64,000 nucleotides of DNA from Bacteroidaceae bacterium (lineage in GTDB: Bacteria > Actinomycetota > Coriobacteriia > Coriobacteriales > Coriobacteriaceae), in contig CAVGNZ010000051.1 in NCBI GenBank assembly GCA_963630805.1, positions 43,255 to 107,254 on the forward strand, in the 5' to 3' direction. Below are positions 45,499-53,869 of this stretch, piece by piece; the first letter of the stretch is position 1; every line of letters begins with the position of its first letter. Under the pieces are notes generated by a model that searched no databases, was not told where the DNA came from, and saw only the letters and a program-made list of their open reading frames with translations. Both the position numbers and the translations under genes were made by a program.

Positions 45499-46506
45499 AT
45501 GGACCTCATGCAGACCCTGCGCGAGCGCGCTGCCGCCTCGCCGGTGCGCGTGGCGTTTCCCGAGGGCGATAACGAGACCATGATGCAGGCGGTGGCCAAG
45601 CTCACCGCTGAGGGCCTGGCCAAGTGCGTGTTGGTGGGCGAGGGCGCCCAGCTGCACGATCTGGCTGCCGAGCGCGGCATCTCGCTCGAGGGCGTCGAGA
45701 TCGTCGACGTTGCCGACGAAGAGGCCAACGCCGCCTGCTGCGAGCGCTACCTGGCGCATCCCGACTGCCAGTTCAAGCCCAAGGGCGCTGCGCGCCGCAT
45801 GACCCGCCCGCTCGAGCGTTCGCTCATCATGCAGGTGCTGGGCGACGTGGACGTCACCTTCGCCGGTATCGATTACGCCACGGGCGACATCATCCTGGCC
45901 GGCCAGACGATCGTCGGCCTGGCCGACGGCGTGGACACCATCAGCTCGGTGGGCATCGCCGACGTTCCCGGTTGGGACGGCGGCGAGGGCGGTCTGATCG
46001 GCTTTGGCGATTCTGCCGTGTGCGTCGACCCCACAAGCGAGGAGCTCGCCTCTATCGCCATCAGCGGTTGCGAGACCGTCGCGGCCCTGACCGGCTGGGA
46101 CGTGCGCTGTGCCATGCTCTCGCACTCCACCGACGGCTCTATGGACAACGCGCTTGTCGACAAGGTGCGCGCTGCCCGTGACATCGCGAACGAACGCCGC
46201 CCGGACCTCAAGATCGACGGTGAGTTCCAGTTCGACTCCGCCATCAACCCTAAGGTCGCGGCCAAGAAGGTCCACCGCGAGTCCGAGGTCGCCGGTCGCG
46301 CCAACCTGCTTATCTGGCCCGATATCAACGTGGGCAACATCGGCGTCAAGATCATCCAGAACCTCACGGGCGCCAACGCCTACGGCCCCATGATCCAGGG
46401 CTTCAAGAAGATCGTTTGCGACTGCTCGCGCTCCGCGCCTGTCGACGAGATCGTCGGCAACGTGGTCATGAGCTGCGTGCGCGCTCAGGCGCTGAAGGAG
46501 GCTTAA
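45499..46506 (+). CDS. PTA_PTB-family phosphotransacylase (paralog of 13878-14876)
   Basis: [47 protein letters not shown] here, against [47 protein letters not shown] in locus A. It starts 4 nt after the carrier-protein stop. Confidence 0.85.
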   Translation: [335 protein letters not shown]

Positions 46507-46510
46507 AGGC

Positions 46511-47659
46511 ATGTCTACTGAGAGGAAACCCTGGCGCGTACTCGTTATCAACCCCGGCTCGACCTCTACCAAGGTGGGCCTCTTTGAGGGCGAGACCGCC
46601 GTATTCCAGAAGAACGTGGCACACGACGCGAGCGATCTTGCCAAGTTCGCCGGCGTCTCCGCGCAGATGCCGTACCGCTGCAAGCTGATTTTGGAGGCGC
46701 TCGACGAGGCGAACGTGGAGCTTGCCGACATCGATGCCTTTGTGGGGCGCGGCGGCGGCCTGATCGCCATGCCCGGCGGCACCTATACGATCGGCGAGAA
46801 GCTGCTTGAGGATGCGACCGCGGGCGCGAACGGCGTCCAGCACCCGGCGCAGCTTGGTCCCCAGATCGCCCACGAGTTTGCCTCCCGCTTTGGCAAGCCC
46901 GCCTTTGTGGTGAACCCGCCCGACACCGACGAACTGTGCGACCTTGCGCGCATGACCGGTATCGACGGCGTGTACCGCACCGTGCACCTGCATGCCCTGA
47001 ACCTCAAGGAGACGGCCATCCGCCATGCGGCCTCGATGGGACGCGCCTACAACGAGTGCAACTTCATCGTCTGCCATATCGGCGGCGGTATCTCCATCTC
47101 CGCGCACGAGCACGGCAAGATGGTCGACGGCAACGACATCGTCGGCGGCGAGGGCCCCATGGCGCCCACGCGCTGCGGTTCGGTGCCCGCCATCGAGGTC
47201 GCCAAGTACACGGCCGAGAACGGCCTGCGCGCCGCCCGCTCGCTGTGCATGAAGACCGGCGGCTTTGTGGACCTGCTCGGCACCTCGGACGCCATCGAGG
47301 TCTGCGAGCGCGCCGCTGCCGGCGACACCCGTGCCGCCCGCACCTGGGACGCCATGGTCTACCAGATCTGCAAGTGGATCGGCGAGATGTCCTGCGTGCT
47401 CAAGGGGCATGTCGACGGCATCCTGCTCGGTGGCGGCATGGTTCACAACAAGGACCTCGTGGCCGCGATCGAGGCGTCCTGCGGATGGATTGCGCCCGTT
47501 ACGGCGTACCCCGGAGAGTTCGAGCTCGAGGCCATGGCGGCAGGCGCCACCCGCGTGCTCGATGGCACCGAGGAGCCCCTTGTCTACACCGGCGAGCCGG
47601 TGTTCGCGGGCTTCGACGACGCCTCGCCGACCGACTCCGGCGCCGCCAGGGCCGCCTAG
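46511..47659 (+). CDS. buk: Butyrate-kinase-family acyl kinase (paralog of 15348-16472)
   Basis: VLVINPGSTSTKVGLFEG, IVCHIGGGISISAH and GKPAFVVNPPDTDELCDLARMTGIDGVYR, against GKPAFAVNQPDTDELEDVARITGWPGVYR in locus A. Confidence 0.9.
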   Translation: MSTERKPWRVLVINPGSTSTKVGLFEGETAVFQKNVAHDASDLAKFAGVSAQMPYRCKLILEALDEANVELADIDAFVGRGGGLIAMPGGTYTIGEKLLEDATAGANGVQHPAQLGPQIAHEFASRFGKPAFVVNPPDTDELCDLARMTGIDGVYRTVHLHALNLKETAIRHAASMGRAYNECNFIVCHIGGGISISAHEHGKMVDGNDIVGGEGPMAPTRCGSVPAIEVAKYTAENGLRAARSLCMKTGGFVDLLGTSDAIEVCERAAAGDTRAARTWDAMVYQICKWIGEMSCVLKGHVDGILLGGGMVHNKDLVAAIEASCGWIAPVTAYPGEFELEAMAAGATRVLDGTEEPLVYTGEPVFAGFDDASPTDSGAARAA

Positions 47660-47746
47660 CTTTCACCCTCTCTCAGGGCGGCGTGACGGGCTGCCTCCAC
47701 ATGGCCCCGCCGCGCCGCACGCTCGGATTAGAAACGAGAAACCACC

Positions 47747-48946
47747 ATGGATAAAACCAAGATCAAGTACCTGGTCGGCATTTACGCCGCCGCCATGTGC
47801 ATCATGGGCATGCTCGTGCCCGTGCCCATCGTCGCCTCCGTCGCGGCCGCCTTCCCGGGCGAGAACATCGCCGCCGTGCAGATGATCATCGGCATCATCC
47901 CGCTCATGATGGCCATCTCCGCCATGCTCGTGTCCTCGCAGCTCGCGAGCCGTGTCTCCAAGAAGACGACGACCCTTGTGGGACATGTCATCGTCATGCT
48001 CGCCGGTGCCTCGGTGCTGCTGTTCCACAGCGCCCTGTGGCAGGTGCTCGCCGCCTCGGCCATCATGGGCCTGGGCCTCGGCGCCGTGCAGAACTCCACC
48101 GATGCCCTTATCGCCGACTACTTTGGCGGCAAGCAGCGCTCCTTTGTCATGGGCATCTACTCCACGTTCGTCGCGCTCGGCGGCATCATCTGGACGATGG
48201 TCTCGGGCATCCTCGGTGCCGACGCCTGGTTCCACTCCTATGCGGCCTACTTCATCATGGTGATCTTCATCATCATCGAGGCCATCTGCCTGCCCGAGGG
48301 CCATCTGGAGCCCAAGCGCCACGTGAACGTGTTCTCCAACATGCCCAAAGAGGTCAAGATCATCACCCTCATGAGCTTCATCTTTGTGCTGTGCTTCCAG
48401 CTCTTCAGCTCCAACGTGTCGCTCATCGTGGTCGGCCGCGGCTTTGGCGGCACGGTCGAGTCCGGTCTTGCCTCCACGGTCATGACCATCGCCGGCATCG
48501 CCGCCGGCCTGCTGGTGGGACCGCTGTTCGCCAAGTTCAAGAACCTCTCTATGCCCATCGCCTGGGCGGTAACCCTTGTCGGCCTGGGCGTCGCCCTTGT
48601 GGCCCCGTCGTTTGCGATGCTCTGCATCGGAGGCTTCGTCATCTCGCTCGGTAAGGAGACCTACGTGCCGCTCGAGGGTAACTTCGCGGCCGGTAACTCC
48701 GCACCCGAGGGCCGTGCCTTCAACCTGGCTATCGGCATGGCGGGCATCAACTTTGGCATGGCGCTCTCGCCGCTCGTGTTCGAGGCCGTGACCAGCCCGT
48801 TCGGTGCCACGATCGACCAGAAGTTCATCGCCGGCATGATCGTGTGCCTGGCCTGCGTGATCTTTGGCGCCGTCAAGTACCGCAAGCTCACCCCGGCTCA
48901 GATCGCCGAGGCCGAGAAGATGGCCGCCGAGGGCGAGGCGGAGTAG
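47747..48946 (+). CDS. MFS transporter
   Basis: 399 aa with about 12 hydrophobic helices. It is on the same strand and directly follows the kinase gene. Confidence 0.85.
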   Translation: MDKTKIKYLVGIYAAAMCIMGMLVPVPIVASVAAAFPGENIAAVQMIIGIIPLMMAISAMLVSSQLASRVSKKTTTLVGHVIVMLAGASVLLFHSALWQVLAASAIMGLGLGAVQNSTDALIADYFGGKQRSFVMGIYSTFVALGGIIWTMVSGILGADAWFHSYAAYFIMVIFIIIEAICLPEGHLEPKRHVNVFSNMPKEVKIITLMSFIFVLCFQLFSSNVSLIVVGRGFGGTVESGLASTVMTIAGIAAGLLVGPLFAKFKNLSMPIAWAVTLVGLGVALVAPSFAMLCIGGFVISLGKETYVPLEGNFAAGNSAPEGRAFNLAIGMAGINFGMALSPLVFEAVTSPFGATIDQKFIAGMIVCLACVIFGAVKYRKLTPAQIAEAEKMAAEGEAE

Positions 48947-48986
48947 GGAAGACCTATCGTCCCCGTGCCCCCACAGGCAAATGTAC

Positions 48987-49019
48987 AAGGTCGCCGGCTT
49001 CGCGTCGGCGGCCTTTTTT
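48987..49019 (+). terminator. Intrinsic terminator after the MFS gene
   Basis: Stem aaggtcgccg / cggcggcctt (one mismatch), followed by tttttt. Confidence 0.7.
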
Positions 49020-49021
49020 AC

Positions 49022-49093
49022 AACGTCCGCCCGCGGCGGGTCGGTTGGGGTTTTCCGAGTGGCCTCAACCGCCCCGCCGCGGGCGGACGTTTT
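49022..49093 (+). repeat. 29-bp GC-rich inverted repeat (27/29) with a 12-nt loop, immediately after the terminator
   Basis: aacgtccgcccgcggcgggtcggttgggg (49022-49050) pairs with cctcaaccgccccgccgcgggcggacgtt (49063-49091), followed by tt. Confidence 0.8.
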
Positions 49094-49324
49094 GCTGCTC
49101 CGCTTGGCGATCAGTGCGCTGCGGGTCGCTGTCGTCGCAAAAAGCCCAGCTCAGGCGCGTGGTCGAGCTGCAATGTTTCAAGGCCGTGTCGTTTCATCGC
49201 TGTTAAAGGTCGGCGTCACGGCAGTTTCGAAAAACCGCGTTAACACAAGTGAATCGTTTGGCTCTGATAATCCCTCAGCAACAAGCGCGCATACCGGCGC
49301 GTCGTTTGCGAGAGGGGTTTCTTC

Positions 49325-49675
49325 ATGAAAGAGCTGGTACTCATCATTCGTCCCGAGAACCTGGAAAGCCTTAAGAGCATTCTGGACGAGGTGCACTGCG
49401 GCGGCATGACCGTGATGTCCGTCATGGGCTGCGGCACGCAGAAGGGCGTGACCGGTGACGGGGTCAACGAGATCCGCGGCTTTAAGGTCAACATCAACCT
49501 GCTCCCCAAGATCCAGTGCTCCGTCGTCGTGCGCGACGAGGACGTCGAGACCATCATCTCCTCGGTGCGCGAGCGCATGGCGGACGGTCGCGTGGGCGAT
49601 GGCAAGATCTTTATCAAAGAGGTCGCCGACGCCGTTCGCATCCGTACCGGCGAGCGCGGCAACACGGCGCTTTAA
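49325..49675 (+). CDS. P-II family nitrogen regulatory protein (GlnB/GlnK-like)
   Basis: Full-length similarity to GlnB: MKELVLIIRPENLESLKSIL...GMTVMSVMGCGTQKG...GDGKIFIKEVADAVRIRTGERG. The T-loop lacks the canonical Tyr. Confidence 0.85.
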   Translation: MKELVLIIRPENLESLKSILDEVHCGGMTVMSVMGCGTQKGVTGDGVNEIRGFKVNINLLPKIQCSVVVRDEDVETIISSVRERMADGRVGDGKIFIKEVADAVRIRTGERGNTAL

Positions 49676-49702
49676 CGCGGCGTACCTGGGGAGGCGATCG
49701 AT

Positions 49703-50815
49703 ATGCCTGGAAAGAAAGCGCTCGTTCAGATCAAGAACATCAACAAGTTCTACGGCGACAACCATGTGGTGAAGGACCTGTCGCTCGATGTGTACGAGGG
49801 CGAATTCCTCACCGTTTTGGGTTCTTCGGGTTCGGGCAAGACCACCACGCTGCGCATGGTGGCCGGCTTTGAGCAGCCCACCACCGGAGAGATCTTGCTG
49901 GACGGCACCAACGTGGCCGACAAGGAGCCCTTTGAACGCGACGTCAACACCGTGTTTCAGAGCTATGCCCTGTTCCCGCACATGACTATCTTCGACAACG
50001 TGGCCTACGGTCTGAAGATGAAGAAGGTCCCCAAGGACGAGATCTACGACCGCGTCATGGAGATGCTCAACCTGGTGCAGCTCGGCGGCTTTGAGGGCCG
50101 CAAGCCCAGCCAGCTCTCCGGCGGCCAGAAGCAGCGCGTCGCCATCGCCCGTGCACTGGTCAACCGGCCCAAGATCTTGCTGCTCGACGAGCCGCTGGGC
50201 GCGCTCGACCTCAAGCTGCGCAAGCAGATGCAACTTGAGCTCAAGCGCCTCCAGCGCAAGCTCAACATCACCTTCCTCTACGTGACGCACGACCAGGAGG
50301 AAGCCCTCACCATGAGCGACCGCATCGCCATCATGCACGACGGTGTGCTCGAGCAGGTGGGCACGCCCAAAGAGATCTACGAGGAGCCGGCGAGCAAGTT
50401 CGTGGCCACGTTTATCGGCGAGACCAACCTGTTCGAGGGCATGGTCCTGGACACTACAGACACCGACATGGGCGTTACGCTGGAGAGCGGCACCATCCGC
50501 AGCGCCGGTACGGGGTTCCACCCCGGCGAGCTGGTGGCCGTCTCGGTGCGCCCGGAGCGCATGCAGTTCTCCCTGACCCCGCAGCCCGGCTTTACCGTCC
50601 AGGGCGTGGTGCGTGACCAGGTGTACGTGGGCTCCATGATCAAGGCGATCGTGATGCTGCCCAACGGCAACGAGGTGCGCCTGGAGCGCCTTGCGGGCGA
50701 TGCCCTTCCCGAGAACGGCACCGTCTTCCTGTACTGGAAGCCCGAGGACGCGCGTACCATCAAGACGCTCGACCAGGTCTTTATCTCGGCGCTCGACAAC
50801 GCCTCCATGGCATAG
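49703..50815 (+). CDS. potA: Spermidine/putrescine-type ABC transporter ATP-binding protein
   Basis: Walker [10 protein letters not shown], signature [10 protein letters not shown], Walker [12 protein letters not shown] and a C-terminal TOBE-like domain. Confidence 0.9.
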   Translation: MPGKKALVQIKNINKFYGDNHVVKDLSLDVYEGEFLTVLGSSGSGKTTTLRMVAGFEQPTTGEILLDGTNVADKEPFERDVNTVFQSYALFPHMTIFDNVAYGLKMKKVPKDEIYDRVMEMLNLVQLGGFEGRKPSQLSGGQKQRVAIARALVNRPKILLLDEPLGALDLKLRKQMQLELKRLQRKLNITFLYVTHDQEEALTMSDRIAIMHDGVLEQVGTPKEIYEEPASKFVATFIGETNLFEGMVLDTTDTDMGVTLESGTIRSAGTGFHPGELVAVSVRPERMQFSLTPQPGFTVQGVVRDQVYVGSMIKAIVMLPNGNEVRLERLAGDALPENGTVFLYWKPEDARTIKTLDQVFISALDNASMA

Positions 50816-50827
50816 GGGGTGGCGCGT

Positions 50828-51766
50828 ATGTCTGCATCTGCAAAGAGCGCCCGGCTTTTCGGTCGCACTGCCAACTCCGAGCCCGACGCCGCCGCCATCG
50901 AGCGCCGTCGCAACTTCCGCGCCAACACGCTGCCCGCGCTCGTCACCGTGGGGCCGGTCACGCTGTGGCTGCTTGCGTTTGTGGCCGTGCCGCTGCTGTA
51001 TATCCTCATCATGGGGTTTTGCACCACCGATGAGTTCTACAACGTGGTCTACAGCTTCACGCTCGACAACTTCCAGGCCATGCTCGATCCCGATTATCTC
51101 AAGATCTACGGCCAGTCCATCGTCATCGCGCTCATGACGACCATCGTGTGCCTGTGCTTGGCCTATCCCTTCTCCTATCTCATCTCGCGTACGTTCAAGT
51201 CCAAAAAGACGCTGCTGTACATGCTGATCATCATCCCGTTTTGGACCAACTCGCTCATCCGCATCTACGGATGGCGCACGTTCCTTTCGGCCTCGGGCCA
51301 GCTCAACAGCTTCCTGATGGCTGCAGGCCTCGCATCTGAGCCCGTCCAGTTCCTGTACAACCAGGCCTGCACGATCTTCGGCATGGTCTACGAGATGTTC
51401 CCGTTCATGGTGCTGCCGCTCTATGCGGCCATCGAGAAGCTCGATGAGTCGCAGGTGGAGGCCTCGCACGACCTGGGCGCCAACATGGTCACCACGCTCT
51501 TCAAGGTGGTGGTGCCGCAGACCATGAGCGGCATCTTCTCGGGCTGCATCATGGTGTTCATCCCGAGTCTGGGAGCCTTCTATATCTCGGATATCCTGGG
51601 CGGCGGCAACGCCGACGTCATCGGCAACCTTATCCAGCGTCAGTTCCAAAGCGCCAACGACTGGCCCTTGGGCGCCGCGCTCTCGATCCTGCTCATCTTC
51701 ATCACGCTCGCGCTGGTGAAGATCTACCAGAAGGCCGGCGGCGATATGGAAAGCTTGGGGGTGTAG
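50828..51766 (+). CDS. potB: Spermidine/putrescine-type ABC transporter permease
   Basis: PotB-like membrane domain with ASHDLGANMVTTLFKVVVPQ. ATG at 50828 follows AGGGGG (the track ORF starts at GTG 50819). Confidence 0.85.
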   Translation: MSASAKSARLFGRTANSEPDAAAIERRRNFRANTLPALVTVGPVTLWLLAFVAVPLLYILIMGFCTTDEFYNVVYSFTLDNFQAMLDPDYLKIYGQSIVIALMTTIVCLCLAYPFSYLISRTFKSKKTLLYMLIIIPFWTNSLIRIYGWRTFLSASGQLNSFLMAAGLASEPVQFLYNQACTIFGMVYEMFPFMVLPLYAAIEKLDESQVEASHDLGANMVTTLFKVVVPQTMSGIFSGCIMVFIPSLGAFYISDILGGGNADVIGNLIQRQFQSANDWPLGAALSILLIFITLALVKIYQKAGGDMESLGV

Positions 51767-51769
51767 ACC

Positions 51770-52615
51770 ATGGCCATGAATCGTCAGACCAAGCAGAAGC
51801 TGAGCCGTGGCGGCGGCATCGCGTTCTGCGCGCTCATCTATGCCGTTCTGTTCCTGCCCATCGTGATCGTGGTGACCAACTCCTTTAACGCCAACACGCA
51901 AAAGCCCTACCTCAGCTGGGGCGGCTTTACCCTGTACTGGTACGGCAAGCTCTTTACCAACAGCTCGCTTTTGGAATCGTTTGCCAACACGATGGTGCTC
52001 GCCGTCACCACCACGGTGCTCGCCACCGCGCTGGGCACGCTGGGCGCGGTCGGTCTGTACCGCTACCGTTTCCGCGGCCGCAACCTCATCGACGGCCTGC
52101 TCTATATCCCGGTCGTCATCCCCGAGATTGTCATGGGCATCTCGCTTTTGCTGGTGTACGTGAAGTTCAACATCCCGCGCGGCATGATAGGCATGATCAT
52201 CGCGCATGTGACCTTCTGCGTGAGCTTCGTGATCTTCAACGTGCGTGCGCGCCTGGACGGCTACGACTCCTCGCTGGAGGAGGCCTCCATGGACCTGGGC
52301 GCGGGCCGTCTGGTCACGTTCTTCAAGGTGACGCTGCCCATGCTCGCGCCGGGTATCGCCGGCGGCGCGCTGCTCTCATTCACGCTCTCCATCGACGACG
52401 TGGTCGTCTCGTACTTTGTGTACGGCCAGGACCTCACGTTCCCCATCAAGGTCATGCAGTCCATCAAGGGCGGCGTGGCGCCGGACGTGAACGCGCTTTC
52501 GACCCTGATGCTCGTGGGCACGGTCGTGCTCGTGTTCCTTACGCAGAGCGGTGCCGTCTCCAAGCTTCGTGAGCGCCGTGCGGCCAAGAAGCTTACGGCA
52601 AGGAAGGGGGCATAA
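51770..52615 (+). CDS. potC: Spermidine/putrescine-type ABC transporter permease
   Basis: PotC-like, with EASMDLGAGRLVTFFKVTLPML. Confidence 0.88.
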   Translation: MAMNRQTKQKLSRGGGIAFCALIYAVLFLPIVIVVTNSFNANTQKPYLSWGGFTLYWYGKLFTNSSLLESFANTMVLAVTTTVLATALGTLGAVGLYRYRFRGRNLIDGLLYIPVVIPEIVMGISLLLVYVKFNIPRGMIGMIIAHVTFCVSFVIFNVRARLDGYDSSLEEASMDLGAGRLVTFFKVTLPMLAPGIAGGALLSFTLSIDDVVVSYFVYGQDLTFPIKVMQSIKGGVAPDVNALSTLMLVGTVVLVFLTQSGAVSKLRERRAAKKLTARKGA

Positions 52616-52618
52616 GGT

Positions 52619-53746
52619 ATGGCGGCCATGATGAAAAAGACGACCGATGCCGCGCAGAACGGCAGCTTGCTGGACGCGTGCCTTTCGCATTCGCTTACGC
52701 GTCGCGACCTGGTGCGCGGGGCCTTTGGCCTTGTTGCCGGCATGAGCCTGGCGGGCCTTTCCGGATGCGGCGGCAGCAGCCCTGACGAGCTGAACATCTT
52801 TATCTGGACCGAGTACGTGCCCGACTCCGTGCTCGAGCAGTTCGAGGACGAGTTCGGCATCAAGATCAACCAGTACCTGTTCAGCTCCAACGAGGACATG
52901 CTCGCCAAGGTGCGCACCGAGAACCAGGGCACCTACGACATCCTGCAGCCCACCGACTACATGGTGAAGAGCCTCATCAAACAGAACCTGCTGCAGGAGC
53001 TCGACCAGTCCGTGCTCAAGAACAAGGGCAACCTGGGCTCGCAGTACCTGGACCAGAGCTTCGATCCGGGCAACAAGTACAGCTACCCCTACATGGGAGC
53101 CTGCACCACCATCGCCTACAACCAGTCCAAGGTGAGCAAGGCGCCCGAGAGCTTCTCCGACCTGCTCTCCGACGAGTATGAGAACGGCCTGGTGACCCTC
53201 AACGATATGCGCGAGATCCTCGGCATCGCGGGCTCTACCGTGGGGCTTACCGGCAACGAGACCGACGACGAGTCCATCAGCAAGATCTCCGAGCAGGCGC
53301 AAAAGCTCAAGAAGCAGATCAGGGTGTACGACTCGGACAGCCCGCGCAACTCGCTGGTCTCGGGCGACTGCATTGCCGGCATCATCTGGACGGCAGAGAT
53401 CGCGCTCGCCCAGCGCGAGAACCCCGATATCCAGGTCTCGTACGCAACCGAGGGCGCGAGCGTGGGCACCGACAACTGGTGCATCCCGGTGGGCGCCAAG
53501 CACTACGACAACGCCATGCAGTTCATCAACTACATGATGCGCCCCGAGGTCGCCAAGGTGGTGAGCGAGGACTACCCGTACGTGCAGCCCAACACCGCGG
53601 CCATCGAGCTTTTGGACGACGACTTCAAGAGCAACCCGGTCGAGAACGTGCCGGCCGAGGCGTTCGAGAACGGCCATCGCGTTCAGTCCCTGCCGCCCAA
53701 GATCCTGCGCAAGTACGACAAGATCTGGACGAGTATGAAGGGCTGA
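52619..53746 (+). CDS. potD: Polyamine-type ABC substrate-binding lipoprotein (PotD/PotF-like)
   Basis: Tat-like plus lipobox signal TRRDLVRGAFGLVAGMSLAGLSGCGGS. PotD-like strings LNIFIWTEYVP and TDNWCIPVGAKH. Confidence 0.85.
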   Translation: MAAMMKKTTDAAQNGSLLDACLSHSLTRRDLVRGAFGLVAGMSLAGLSGCGGSSPDELNIFIWTEYVPDSVLEQFEDEFGIKINQYLFSSNEDMLAKVRTENQGTYDILQPTDYMVKSLIKQNLLQELDQSVLKNKGNLGSQYLDQSFDPGNKYSYPYMGACTTIAYNQSKVSKAPESFSDLLSDEYENGLVTLNDMREILGIAGSTVGLTGNETDDESISKISEQAQKLKKQIRVYDSDSPRNSLVSGDCIAGIIWTAEIALAQRENPDIQVSYATEGASVGTDNWCIPVGAKHYDNAMQFINYMMRPEVAKVVSEDYPYVQPNTAAIELLDDDFKSNPVENVPAEAFENGHRVQSLPPKILRKYDKIWTSMKG

Positions 53747-53869
53747 CGCACCAGTGAGCTTTCCCGGATACCTGGTCTCGCCCCTCAAACTGTTTCCTGC
53801 GTACCCCGTGCGCGGCGCTCCGCTTTGGGTGCGATCGACGTTTTGAACCATCTGCAAGGGAGTAATCAA

